From: Patescibacteria group bacterium UBA2773
GTDB taxonomy: Bacteria > Patescibacteriota > Minisyncoccia > Moranbacterales > DUUL01
Reading direction: 5' to 3'
DNA length: 64,000 nt
Assembly: GCA_002352465.1 (NCBI GenBank)
Contig: DEIN01000017.1
Coordinates: forward strand, 64,777 to 128,776
A program made the position numbers and the translations under genes. The notes below the pieces were generated by a model. That model made no database searches. It had not been told where the DNA came from and saw only the letters and a list, made by a program, of their open reading frames with translations. Positions 41,168 through 52,374 of this stretch are shown here, piece by piece; the stretch's first letter is position 1, and each line of letters opens with the position of its first letter.

Positions 41168-41424
41168 TTTCGGAAATAGAACATACTATAGAAAAGAAGT
41201 AAATTCAAAATTAAGCATCATTTATAAATTACAAATTATAAATTAATTCGAAATACGAGGATTTGTATTTTAGGTTGATTAGATTTCTGTTTATTTTCGC
41301 TAAATCCGCCTGCCAGTAGGCAGTACTATGGTGAGGCAAGCCTGAGCAGAAATGAAAAAATAAGAGAACAAGCGATAGAAAATATGAACACAACATTTTT
41401 CTATCGGTTTCTCCCACTGGTCTC

Positions 41425-41460
41425 CCACTGGTTGAACCAGTGCACTGGTTCAACCAGTGG
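41425..41460. repeat. REP (family 2) perfect 36-bp palindrome upstream of the RAYT gene
   Basis: ccactggttgaaccagtgcactggttcaaccagtgg. A half-copy tctcccactgg precedes it. Confidence 0.85.
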
Positions 41461-41596
41461 GAATTAAAAAATTGATAATAAATTCAAATGTTCTCAGTTT
41501 TTTTGTTTCAATTTAATTAGAAAGATAGTTTAGGGGATAGTTTGTTGATTGAGTCTTGGTTTCAGTTGAATAACTAATTAAATTAAATCAAATCCA

Positions 41597-42253
41597 ATGA
41601 AAAAAGAACTTTTTTGGGGAGATTGTTATCATATTTTTAATAGGGGTGTAGAAAAAAGAAAGGTTTTTTGTGATAAATATGATTACAAAAGATTTATTGA
41701 CAGTATGAAAGAATTCAACAACCACGAAGTTGGATCTTTGCGAGATAGATTAGATTCAAAATTTTCCACTGGTCCAACCAGTGCACTGGTTCAACCAGTG
41801 GAAGAAGAAAAGCTGGTTGAAATAGTAGCTTATTGCTTGAATGCTAATCATTATCATTTAATTTTAAAAGAAGTTTCTGAAGATGGTATTGCAAAATTTA
41901 TTCAAAAAATAGCAACAGGTTATACTCGATATTTTAATGAAAAGTATAAAAGAACAGGTGGTTTATTTCAAGGTCGGTATAAAAGAGTCGAAGTGGAATC
42001 GAACCCGCAATTGCTTTATTTGTCGGCTTACGTTAATGGAAATCATTACATTCATAAAATTAAAGAACTTGAGAGTTGGGAGTTTTCAAGTTTGCCAGAA
42101 TATTTGAAAAATAAAAAAAATGGATTTTGTTTTAAGAACGATATTTTAGGTCAATTTAATAATAGTGGAGAAGATTATTTAAAATTTTGCAAGAAAAATT
42201 GTGATGACATAAAAGAGAAAAGAGCTTTCTCTAAATTTTTGTTAGAAGAATAA
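41597..42253 (+). mobile_element. REP-associated tyrosine transposase (RAYT, IS200/IS605-like Y1 HUH transposase)
   Basis: The product is 218 aa with the HUH motif NHYHLIL, then GGLFQGRYKRV...LLYLSAYV, which matches the G-LWQ-RY / catalytic Tyr region of RAYTs. REP palindromes lie upstream, inside and downstream of the gene. Confidence 0.7.
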
Positions 42254-42276
42254 GGTGCGTTTCGTTTGTTGATTTT

Positions 42277-42312
42277 CCACTGGTCCAACCAGTGCACTGG
42301 TTGGACCAGTGG
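42277..42312. repeat. REP (family 2) perfect palindrome 24 nt downstream of the RAYT stop
   Basis: ccactggtccaaccagtgcactggttggaccagtgg. Confidence 0.85.
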
Positions 42313-43015
42313 GAGGAAATTTAAGGATAAAAATTTTGAAGTTCGTCAAGGGAATTTTTTTTGAAAGTTTACTATTAGAAAGTTAAATTTAGGTAAAAAA
42401 TATTTAACAAAAAACAAATTGGTTATTTGTTTTTTTTGTTTTTATTTTACTTCCATACGACGTCGTATAGTAGCAAAAAAGTGAGTTGAATAAATAAATT
42501 ATTAATTGAATTTTTTTGTTTTTATAAGTTGGTTTTTATTGGTATTGAGAGTTTTTTGAAATTGAGATATCGGAGTTATTTTTTTGTTGAATGATTTGTT
42601 TTTAGAGTTTTAAAATATTCAAGTTTGTTTTTGTTTATTTTATAGAATAAAATATTTCGGTGGTTTATTTTACAAAAATTTAGGGAATTTTTTAAATTTT
42701 AAATTTTATAAAAATTAATATTTTTGGTAATATTTTTTATTTTCAAAAAATGTTTTTTTTATTTTTTAAAAAAATTCAAAAATAGGATTTTTTGAAAAAT
42801 ATTTTTAGCTTAAATAAGGGATTTTTTTGAGGCCAAAAAAGAGTCAAAAAAAGAGTCAAAAGTTATGCACAAAAAAGACTTTTTTCTATTTGGCAGAGGC
42901 TTATTTTTGTGTTAAAGTTAAACTAGTTTGAAAAATATAAAAAACCTCTCTTGGTTTTGTCTTCTCGGTTGTTTGTTTTAAAACAAAGAAAGACCTAAAA
43001 ACAGGAGTTTATAGT

Positions 43016-46000
43016 TTGTCAAAAATGAATTTAGTTCAAACAAAAATAATAGAAAAAATAAAGGCTAATTTTAGCCAAAAACGAGAACTAATTCTTGGTA
43101 AGGGAGGTGATTTTGTTATGGTCTTTTTTGCTGTTTTTTTAGGCTTTATTTTGTTTTCAATACCAGCTGAAGCTTCGATTGCCATGGATCTTTCAATGTT
43201 TGTTCTTGATAAAGAAACTAACAAACCTTTGGAGGGGGTTCAAACAGTAATTTTTTCAATTTATCCGGAAAATTCAGAGATTGCAATTTGGCAAGAAACT
43301 CAAGAAATTGAGCTGAATTTTGGTTTGATTCGAACTGCTTTAGGTGAAATAAATGTTTTGCCTTTGAATTTAAACATGCTTGACAATAATTATTATTTGG
43401 GAATAAAAATTGGAGATGATAAAGAATTGGTTCCAAGAAAAAGAATTTCTCCGAATTTGTTTGCAGTTTCTTCTGCTTATGCTCAAAATGCTGGAAGTTT
43501 AAACGGCAGTGTTATTGGTGAAAATGAAGGCAACTTGATGCTATTGGGAAAAGGCGGAGAAGTAGATTCAAAATTTTTGTCTAGTGATCTTTCTTTGCTA
43601 GGAGACGAAATCGATATTTCTTCTGAAACAAACTTGGGAGTGGCTGGTTCATTATTGACGCTTAGTGGTGACAATCTTTCAGTTAAAGAAGGAGTTTTGA
43701 CGGATGGAAGATTCTGTACTTACAGTACTACTAATGGATTGGTTTGTGATACCGATGGGGGGGCAATTACTCATGATGAAGTGACATTGAGTAATTCTCC
43801 CGGAATTTATGATTATTTAACACTTTCCGGACAAGCTTTGACACTCGACCAAATTGATTTGACTACGGATGTCAGCGGAATTCTTCCTGATGTAAATGTT
43901 GCTAATAATTTGACTATTGACGGCGGATTGATTTTTGGTACTGATTTAGACTTGAAAACTGGAACTGATATTACCGAGGGTAGAATTCAGTGGGATGCTA
44001 CAACTGATAGAATTGTGGTTGGAACTGGAAGCGATTTTACGACTTTTTATTCTGGATCAGGAGCAGGTGGAATTGCTGGAAGTGGAATAACAAATCATTT
44101 GGCTTATTGGTTGGATTCAAACACCTTAACTTCAACTGGTGGATCCGCTAGTCAAATGTTAATAAATAATGCTTCAAGCGTTCCAACTTTTGTTTCAATC
44201 GGTGGTGACATTGCAATAACTTCCGGCGGATTAACTAGTATTCAAGCTGATTCAGTGGCGTTAGGAACCGACACGACTGGCAGTTATGTTCAATCAATCA
44301 CCAATGGCAATGGAATTAGCGGAGCCGACGGTGGTTCGGAATCAGCCATTTTAACTTTAGCAATCGACGCTACAACAACTGGAACGACTGTCACAACTGC
44401 TTCTAATTCTGGTTTAGAAACTACTGCTGATGGTTTGAGAATAATTGGAGGTTGTAGCGATGGTCAAATTTTGACTTGGAATTCTTCACTTGAAGTTTGG
44501 TCTTGCAATAATAATACAGGGGGAACAAGTAATTGGACGGATAGTGGAAATTTGACATTTTTAACAAATACTACCGACGATTTTGCTATTGGTGGAGGAA
44601 CTTTGGCTTCAGCAATGTTCGCTATTGATGAAAGTGCTGGTAATTTCTACTTCGCTTCTGACAACAGTGCTAATCCAACTTTCTTGTTTGAAGCGACTGA
44701 TTCAGATACGGGAAGTTTTGGATTTAATACGAATGACGCTTTCTATTTCTCAGATGCGAATGTGGGAATCGGAACAACAGATCCATCAACATTTTTTGAG
44801 GTTGCTACTACTGCCAGATTTTCTGGTTCTGTTGATGAAACTGCTTTGGGGTTGGATCGAATTGACATCGGGGTTCAAAATGGAACACCAAGAATGGTTT
44901 TTGAAGACAATAGCTATACTAGATGGGAAATTGATAATTCAGAAGGAGTCTTCAGGTGGTTTACTCCTGGATTTGAAAGGCTAACCTTAGACGCGAGCGG
45001 AAATATGAATTTAGTGACTGGAAATTTAGAGATAGGATCAGTTAGTGTTTTGACAAGTGCTCGACAATTACAAAATTTAACAGGGCTAGCTTCTTCTGGA
45101 ACAATTACTTTTTCTGGTTTAACTACCGATGGAGTTGTCACAGTTTCTTCTGGAGCTCTTTCAAGTGAAGCTCAATTAGCAATATCTCAAGGTGGAACCG
45201 GAGCTTCTTTGACTGACCCAAATGACGACCGAATTATGTTCTGGGATGACACAGCTGGAGCTGTCACTTGGTTAGACTTAGGAGCCAACTTGACTATTAC
45301 TGGCACTACCATTGCAGCTACTGACACTAACACTACTTACACCGCTGGAATCGCTCTTGATCTAAACTCTACTACTTTTGATGTTGATTTAAGCGAATTA
45401 ACAACTTCAACCGCTGATATTGATGGAGATTACTTTGTGGTAATAGACACTTCCAACGCTCAAAAGAAACTAACTAAAGCTAATATTGCTTTAAGTGGCT
45501 TTGATAATGACTTAGGTTGGACTACTAGTACTGGAGATATTACAAGTGTTGTCGCCGGAGCTGGACTAACTAACGGAGGAACTTCTGGAGATGTCACTCT
45601 TAACATCGGCGCTGGAACAGGAATTACCGTTAATGCTGATTCGATTGAAGCGACTTTGGGAACAGCGATTGAAAAAGGAGAACTAGTCAATTCTGGAAGT
45701 CTGTCCTTTGATTGGCTCGACAGTGAAGTTGCTAATAGCTTGACTATTACTGGTGGAACGATTGACGCTACTACTACGATCGACAAAGACCCAGTGATTA
45801 CCTTGGGAACAGACTTGACTGGAAATGTCACTTTGTCCAACCTAGCTTCTGGAACTTTAAATGCCACAATCGTTGCTAATTCAGTAGCCTTAGGAACCGA
45901 TACTACTGGAAATTATGTCTCAACCATCACTGGTGGAACGGGAATTGATTCAACTGGAGCGACTTCTGGAGAAAATATCGTTCATTCTTTGAGTGTTAAT

Positions 46001-49000
46001 ACAACTGAGATAGGAACAACAACTTGGTTCGACAAAACCGCTGGAACTGACATTCTTTGGAAATTTGATGGAGAATCTAATGATGGAACATTTGGGTATT
46101 ATGAAGATGAAGACGCTTTTGGGTTTACTAATTCAAGCGTTGGGATTGGAACAACCAATCCAACCGCTAAACTTCAAATCGCTGCTGGAACTACTTCGGC
46201 TGGTTCAGCACCTTTGAAATTAACCAGTGGAGATTCAATGACCACCGTCGAAGCTGGAGCTTTAGAATATGACGGATCTAAGCTTTATTTCACTCCAGTT
46301 GGAACCAGAGAAACAGTGGCTTACATCTCAGACATCACTGGAGCCGCTCACCCAGCAGTGACCATCGGAACAGCCAGTGGTTTAAGCATCGATGGTTCTC
46401 AAGTTCTTTCACTTGGATTAGCTTCATCCGGTGTCACTGGTGCTTTAAGTGGAACTGATTGGGATACTTTTAATGCTAAACAAGTCGCTTTAACTATTGG
46501 AGATTTATCTGGAATGGCTGATCAAGTGACTGTTGCAAATGGAGCTGGATCAATCATTGGTTCAGGCGTGACTTTGAGTTTGCCACAATCGATTGCGATA
46601 ACTTCAACTCCAACTTTTGGAGGGTTGACTTTGACAACTGATCTTTCAGTGGACAACGGTGGAACTGGCACTTCGACTTTCACTTCAGGTGGAATGCTCT
46701 ATGGTAATGGAGCTTCGGCGATTGGAGCGACGGCAGTTTTAAGCAATGGTCAACTTTTGATTGGAGATGGTTCTGGCGTTCCAACTTTGACGACTTTGAC
46801 GGATGGAACGGGAATCACTATTACCGAAGGGGCCGGTTCAATCACAATTGCCTCAACTTTGGGAGAGACTATTGAAACGGGAGAAATAACTAATGATTCA
46901 ATTTTGGAAGTTGATTTTGATGTGACAAATGTTGCAACTGATAATTATATTTTGAGTTATGATTCAGATTCTGGCGGTTTCACTTGGATTGATAACACTG
47001 GAGGAACAGGGGCTTCTAAATGGACTGATGATGGAACTTTCAGTTATTTGACGGAAACGAATGACGATTTGGTTATCGGTGGATCCACAACTTCTGCTCC
47101 TTTATTCTTCGATTCTTCTGAAGCGACACTTTCTTTGGGCTACAATGGAACTTCGGGCTCTTTGTCTCTTTATAGTGAAGTGGGTGGGACTGATTATACT
47201 CTTAAATTCCAACCAAGTTCTTCAATGACTCAAAATGTTACTTATATGATGCCTGTTGACGATGGAACTTCTGACCAAACTCTTATTACTAATGGAGCTG
47301 GAGTTCTTGCTTGGGGAACCGTAACGGAAATTAGTGGAGCTGGAGACATTACTGCTATTGGAGACGTTTCCACCGGATCAGCTTTTACTGCCACTGGGAC
47401 TCAAGGAACTTCCCTTTATTTTTATGATGCTGATGGTCGAGGTCAATTGAAAACGGCCGACCTCACCGCCGCTAGAACCTATACATTGCCAGATGCCACT
47501 GGAACAATGGCTTTAACTTCGCAATTGCATGACGCAGTGACCATCGGAACAGCCAGTGGTTTAAGCATCGATGGTTCTCAAGTTCTTTCACTTGGCTTAG
47601 CTTCATCCGGTGTCACTGGTGCTTTAAGTGGAACTGATTGGGATACTTTCAACAACAAACAAACAGCTGGAAATTATCTTACCGCTTTAACTGGAGATGC
47701 GACTGCTACTGGACCAGGATCAGCAGCAATTACTTTGGCTACTGTAAATTCCAACATTGGAGTCTTTAACAATCTTACGGTTAACGCTAAAGGTTTAGTG
47801 ACTGGAGCTTCGAATGTTGCTTATCTTACCAGCTATACTGAAACTGATCCGATATACATAGCTTCACAAGCTCACAACATTGATGCGACTGATATTGCTA
47901 ATCTTGGAAATCTTTCTGGAACTAATACTGGAGATATTACTTTAGCTGGAACTCTAGATTACTTGACTTTAAGTGGACAACAAATAACCAGAGGCTTAAT
48001 TGATTTAACCACAGATGTTTCTGAAATTTTACCAATTACTAACGGTGGAACTGGTGCTTCAAGTTTGGCTGATTTAATCGCACTAGGAACCGACACTACT
48101 GGAAATTATGTTAAATCAATCACTAACGGCAATGGAATTACTGGCGGAGATGGTGGTTCTGAATCAGCTGTTTTAACAATTGCAATTGATGCTGATACTA
48201 CTGGAACAACGGCAACTACTTATTCTAACTCTGGTTTAGAAGCCACTGCCGATGGACTAAGAATAATAGGGGGTTGTTCAACTGGTCAAATTCTGACTTG
48301 GGATGCCTCGGATGTTCGTTGGGAATGTACTACTAATACAGCTGGATCAAGTGATTGGACAGATACTGGAACTTTGACTCACTTGACCGACACTGCCAAT
48401 GACTTTGCAATTGGTGGAACTTCATTGGTTGCTTCAATGTTTGCGATTGATGAAAGTGCTGGTAATTTCTACTTCGCTTCTGACAACAGTGCTAATCCAA
48501 CTTTCTTGTTTGAAGCGACTGATTCAGATGCGGGAAGTTTTGGATTTAATACGAATGACGCTTTCTATTTCTCAGATGCGAATGTGGGAATTGGCGACAC
48601 TTCACCGACGGCTCTTTTCACGGTTGGAACCGCGGATGCCTTTCAAATAGACGCTTCTGGAAACGTGACAACTTCAGGAACAGTGGAGGGTTTGACTCTA
48701 GCTTCAGCGGAGGATGGTTTCACAATTGCTGGTGGAACAACTTCTAGAACTTTAACCATCGCAGGAGATGACGTTTCGATTAATCAATCTTTACTGACAA
48801 CTTCCGCTCCAACCTTTGTTACTTTAAACACTGGCAACGGAGATTATGAGCTTTTCGCAATGAATCAAGATGTTGAAACCACTGATTCGGTCACCTTTAC
48901 CGGTTTAACTTTGAGCGGATTAACTCAAGGTTCAGTGCCATTTATCGGAGCCAGCGGAGTAGTTAGTCAAGATAATTCCAATCTTTTCTTTGATGATACT

Positions 49001-52000
49001 AACAAACGATTAGGAGTGGGAACAGCGACGCCAACCACTGGTTTAGAGCTTTATGGTTCAACGGTCGACACAATTTTCACGATTACTTCGGCTAGTGATA
49101 CTTATAATCCAATGATGCAATTTAGGTCTGGGGCGACTCCTTCAGTTGGATTCTCTTTAGGAATGGACAACTCTGACAGTGATAAATTCAAGATTTATCC
49201 AGGGGATGACATTGCTGGAACTAGTATCTTTACCATGGATTCAGTTGGAAAAACTTCTATTTCTAATCTTCAATTAGGAAGTCAATCTTTCGCTGATGAT
49301 TCAGGAATAATTAGTTGGATTGATATGGCCGTCACCAGTAGTGCAGTTGATGACACGGTTGAATCCTATACTGCAATGCTGGATGGAAATGCGATGATAA
49401 CAGTTTATGGACTTTCTGACGGAGCCGGTGGAGTCGATAATTTGGGAGTTGGTATTAACACTGCCACGCCAACGGCCAGACTTCATCTTCCAGCGGGAAC
49501 AACCACTGCCGGTACGGCACCGTTGAAACTAACCAACGGAGATATAATGACTGCTGGAGAAGCTGGAGCTTTAGAATATGACGGATCTGAGCTTTATTTC
49601 ACTCCAAGTGGAACTACTCAAGAAACTGTGGCTTATGTTTCAGATATCACAGCTAGCGCCGTTTCTTTGACTAATTCTCCTGGAACTTATGATTATCTAA
49701 CTCTTTCTGGTCAAGCTATTACTCTAGCTCAAATTGATTTAACCACTGACATTACTGGAATTTTGCCAATGGCCAACGGTGGAACCAACAAAAATATGAC
49801 CGCTTCTGCTGGTTCAATTGCTTATTCTGACTCTGATTCTCTTGAATTTTCCGCCGTCGGAACTGCTGGTCAAGCTCTGATCTCTGGTGCTACTGGCGCT
49901 CCAACTTGGTTTGCTCCAACGGCTGGATCGCTCTTATTTGCTGGAACTTCTGGAATTCTTCAACAAGACAACGCAAGCTTATTCTTCGACGATACCAACA
50001 ACCGATTAGGAATTGGAACCGCTACGCCAAGTTATACATTAGACATTAATGGAGCTAGCGGGGTGACGGATTTATTCCAAGTGGCTACTAATGGCACTAG
50101 CGTTTTAACTGTGACGGACACTCAAACTACTTTTGATAATCCAGTTAATTTCGCCAATGTCGGAGATGTTTCAATGGCTTATGACTTGTTGATGACCAAT
50201 GCAACGGCGGGGAATATTAAATTCTCGGGACCGGGTTATGTTCAAACTGACAGCGCTTGGCAGAATTTGGATTTGACTTTGAACGCCGCTAATGATGGAT
50301 TTGTGGTAGTGGATGATACTTTACAAAATGCGCTAGATTTAACCACTACCACTGCTGGAGACTACTACGGTTTCTTAGGTGATGTTAACTCTACTGGAAT
50401 TTTCACCGCTGATACTACGAATACTTACGGAGTTTATGGAGATGCTTCCTCAACTGGAGTGTCAACTGGTGGAACAGTCAACACTTATGGCGGATATTTC
50501 ACTGCTACCGGAGAAAGCACTGGTGCTGCCACTACTAATGCTTATGGTTTGTATGTGGATGGAGCAACTGGCGCTGACAATAACTACAGCGCGGTGTTTG
50601 AGAATGGGAATGTCGGAATTGGCGACGCTACTCCTTCTGCCCTTTTAACCGTTGGAACTAGTGACGCTTTCCAAGTAGATAGCTCTGGAAATTTGACAAC
50701 GACAGGAACAGTGGAGGGTTTGACTCTAGCTTCAGCGGCGGATGGTTTCACAATTGCTGGTGGAACAACTTCAAGAACTTTGACTATTACTGGAGCGGAT
50801 GTTTCAATTAATCAATCTCTGCAAACAACTGATGCTCCAACTTTTGCTACTTTAAACACTGGTCAAGGAGATTATGAACTTTATGCGATGAATCAAGATT
50901 TGGAAACGACTGATAGTCCGAGTTTTGTTTCGCTTGATCTTCAAGAAGCGGGAACAGCTAAAGTTAATACCGATATTTTCTCGATTACCAATTCTGGCAA
51001 TGCAGTTGATATGGATGGAACTTTAAGTTCAATTCTTTTCAATCAATACTATTATGATGCTTCCACTCCAGCGGTGGCGGATGCCGGACGAATTTCAATT
51101 GGAACGGAAACTGACTGGACTTCAACTGCTTCCACTCAAGATTCATACCTTTCATTATCAGTGGCTGTTGATGGGACTTTGACTGAATATGCCAAATTGA
51201 CTAGTGCTGGATATTTCAATATCTATGATTCAACTGGAGCTGATTATGTTTCCATTTATCACGATGGAATGGATGCTCAAATCAGCACCAACACTGGTTC
51301 AATTGAAATTGGTTCTTCTGGAGATTTTGTGATTGACAGTGGTGTAAATGTTGGAATTGGTGGGGTGACCAGTTTTGGAACCAGTGCTGATAATGTTTTA
51401 GCAATTGCTTCGAGCACGGCGCCAACTACTTCAATTACAGATGGGGTTCAGCTGTACAGCATTGAAGCCACTGGCTATCATCGACTATATGTTCGAGATG
51501 AAGAAGGGAACGCTACTCCTGTTTCTCCTCATGATTTTTCCTTATTGCCTGAAGATGAAATAAGAGAATCTTTGTCTTGGTCTTACTATTCAGAAAAAGA
51601 TGATTCGGCAATTAATGTTGATATGACTAAAGCAATCAGACTAATCGAACAAATTTCTGGTGAAAAATTGATTTATAAGGTTGACTTGTTGACTGGTTTG
51701 GAACTTGTGGAAGAAAATCTTGATTTGGAAATAGATTCAGAATTCTTGTTTAGTGAAGAACAACAACAGGCAATTACAGTTCTTACTAATAATCTTGAAA
51801 CTTTGCAAACTGAAACGACTGACACGCAAGCCCGATTGATTGAAATAGAAACTTTGGTTGAAAGTTTGACTTCATTTGACAGTTTGGCGGCTGAACAACT
51901 TTCTTCTCAACAACAAAGAATTAACGCTTTGGAAATCGCAATTGAGACTGGAATAATCCCAGATGCTGAAAAATTCTCAGTTGACGCCGAGGGCAATGTC

Positions 52001-52318
52001 ACTTTTGCTCAAACGCTTTTTGCCGAAAAAGTTGAGTCAAATGTGATTGTGGCGGGAGAATATGTGATTGCTAAAGATGAAAGTGAGAGCGATAAGAATA
52101 CTGGTTCGGTGACAATCTATGCCGGGCAATCAGAAATTTTTGTAGAAAATACCAAGATTAATAATAGCTCTAGAGTAATGGTGACTCCAATTGGAAGTAG
52201 TCCAATTAATTGGATTGTTTCTGAGAAGAGGGAAGGACAAGGATTTATTATTAAATTAGACGGTGGCGTTAGTGAAGATATTGTATTTGATTATTGGATA
52301 GTTCAGGCGGAGGAATAG
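43016..52318 (+). CDS. Giant (3100 aa) membrane-anchored Gly/Thr/Ser-rich fibre-like repeat protein
   Basis: N-terminal TM (MVFFAVFLGFILFSIP). Motifs recurring 3+ times include LTNSPGIYDYLTLSGQALTLDQIDLTTDVSGILP, NVGIGTTDPS and GTTSAGSAPLKLTSGD...GALEYDGSKLYFTP, which are tail-fibre-like. The C-terminus has a coiled-coil. Several near-identical 150-bp intragenic DNA repeats are present. Confidence 0.7.
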   Translation: MSKMNLVQTKIIEKIKANFSQKRELILGKGGDFVMVFFAVFLGFILFSIPAEASIAMDLSMFVLDKETNKPLEGVQTVIFSIYPENSEIAIWQETQEIELNFGLIRTALGEINVLPLNLNMLDNNYYLGIKIGDDKELVPRKRISPNLFAVSSAYAQNAGSLNGSVIGENEGNLMLLGKGGEVDSKFLSSDLSLLGDEIDISSETNLGVAGSLLTLSGDNLSVKEGVLTDGRFCTYSTTNGLVCDTDGGAITHDEVTLSNSPGIYDYLTLSGQALTLDQIDLTTDVSGILPDVNVANNLTIDGGLIFGTDLDLKTGTDITEGRIQWDATTDRIVVGTGSDFTTFYSGSGAGGIAGSGITNHLAYWLDSNTLTSTGGSASQMLINNASSVPTFVSIGGDIAITSGGLTSIQADSVALGTDTTGSYVQSITNGNGISGADGGSESAILTLAIDATTTGTTVTTASNSGLETTADGLRIIGGCSDGQILTWNSSLEVWSCNNNTGGTSNWTDSGNLTFLTNTTDDFAIGGGTLASAMFAIDESAGNFYFASDNSANPTFLFEATDSDTGSFGFNTNDAFYFSDANVGIGTTDPSTFFEVATTARFSGSVDETALGLDRIDIGVQNGTPRMVFEDNSYTRWEIDNSEGVFRWFTPGFERLTLDASGNMNLVTGNLEIGSVSVLTSARQLQNLTGLASSGTITFSGLTTDGVVTVSSGALSSEAQLAISQGGTGASLTDPNDDRIMFWDDTAGAVTWLDLGANLTITGTTIAATDTNTTYTAGIALDLNSTTFDVDLSELTTSTADIDGDYFVVIDTSNAQKKLTKANIALSGFDNDLGWTTSTGDITSVVAGAGLTNGGTSGDVTLNIGAGTGITVNADSIEATLGTAIEKGELVNSGSLSFDWLDSEVANSLTITGGTIDATTTIDKDPVITLGTDLTGNVTLSNLASGTLNATIVANSVALGTDTTGNYVSTITGGTGIDSTGATSGENIVHSLSVNTTEIGTTTWFDKTAGTDILWKFDGESNDGTFGYYEDEDAFGFTNSSVGIGTTNPTAKLQIAAGTTSAGSAPLKLTSGDSMTTVEAGALEYDGSKLYFTPVGTRETVAYISDITGAAHPAVTIGTASGLSIDGSQVLSLGLASSGVTGALSGTDWDTFNAKQVALTIGDLSGMADQVTVANGAGSIIGSGVTLSLPQSIAITSTPTFGGLTLTTDLSVDNGGTGTSTFTSGGMLYGNGASAIGATAVLSNGQLLIGDGSGVPTLTTLTDGTGITITEGAGSITIASTLGETIETGEITNDSILEVDFDVTNVATDNYILSYDSDSGGFTWIDNTGGTGASKWTDDGTFSYLTETNDDLVIGGSTTSAPLFFDSSEATLSLGYNGTSGSLSLYSEVGGTDYTLKFQPSSSMTQNVTYMMPVDDGTSDQTLITNGAGVLAWGTVTEISGAGDITAIGDVSTGSAFTATGTQGTSLYFYDADGRGQLKTADLTAARTYTLPDATGTMALTSQLHDAVTIGTASGLSIDGSQVLSLGLASSGVTGALSGTDWDTFNNKQTAGNYLTALTGDATATGPGSAAITLATVNSNIGVFNNLTVNAKGLVTGASNVAYLTSYTETDPIYIASQAHNIDATDIANLGNLSGTNTGDITLAGTLDYLTLSGQQITRGLIDLTTDVSEILPITNGGTGASSLADLIALGTDTTGNYVKSITNGNGITGGDGGSESAVLTIAIDADTTGTTATTYSNSGLEATADGLRIIGGCSTGQILTWDASDVRWECTTNTAGSSDWTDTGTLTHLTDTANDFAIGGTSLVASMFAIDESAGNFYFASDNSANPTFLFEATDSDAGSFGFNTNDAFYFSDANVGIGDTSPTALFTVGTADAFQIDASGNVTTSGTVEGLTLASAEDGFTIAGGTTSRTLTIAGDDVSINQSLLTTSAPTFVTLNTGNGDYELFAMNQDVETTDSVTFTGLTLSGLTQGSVPFIGASGVVSQDNSNLFFDDTNKRLGVGTATPTTGLELYGSTVDTIFTITSASDTYNPMMQFRSGATPSVGFSLGMDNSDSDKFKIYPGDDIAGTSIFTMDSVGKTSISNLQLGSQSFADDSGIISWIDMAVTSSAVDDTVESYTAMLDGNAMITVYGLSDGAGGVDNLGVGINTATPTARLHLPAGTTTAGTAPLKLTNGDIMTAGEAGALEYDGSELYFTPSGTTQETVAYVSDITASAVSLTNSPGTYDYLTLSGQAITLAQIDLTTDITGILPMANGGTNKNMTASAGSIAYSDSDSLEFSAVGTAGQALISGATGAPTWFAPTAGSLLFAGTSGILQQDNASLFFDDTNNRLGIGTATPSYTLDINGASGVTDLFQVATNGTSVLTVTDTQTTFDNPVNFANVGDVSMAYDLLMTNATAGNIKFSGPGYVQTDSAWQNLDLTLNAANDGFVVVDDTLQNALDLTTTTAGDYYGFLGDVNSTGIFTADTTNTYGVYGDASSTGVSTGGTVNTYGGYFTATGESTGAATTNAYGLYVDGATGADNNYSAVFENGNVGIGDATPSALLTVGTSDAFQVDSSGNLTTTGTVEGLTLASAADGFTIAGGTTSRTLTITGADVSINQSLQTTDAPTFATLNTGQGDYELYAMNQDLETTDSPSFVSLDLQEAGTAKVNTDIFSITNSGNAVDMDGTLSSILFNQYYYDASTPAVADAGRISIGTETDWTSTASTQDSYLSLSVAVDGTLTEYAKLTSAGYFNIYDSTGADYVSIYHDGMDAQISTNTGSIEIGSSGDFVIDSGVNVGIGGVTSFGTSADNVLAIASSTAPTTSITDGVQLYSIEATGYHRLYVRDEEGNATPVSPHDFSLLPEDEIRESLSWSYYSEKDDSAINVDMTKAIRLIEQISGEKLIYKVDLLTGLELVEENLDLEIDSEFLFSEEQQQAITVLTNNLETLQTETTDTQARLIEIETLVESLTSFDSLAAEQLSSQQQRINALEIAIETGIIPDAEKFSVDAEGNVTFAQTLFAEKVESNVIVAGEYVIAKDESESDKNTGSVTIYAGQSEIFVENTKINNSSRVMVTPIGSSPINWIVSEKREGQGFIIKLDGGVSEDIVFDYWIVQAEE

Positions 52319-52374
52319 GAGGGAGAATTTTAAATTTTAAATTTGAAGTCAATTTTAAATGTTTTAATTTTCAA

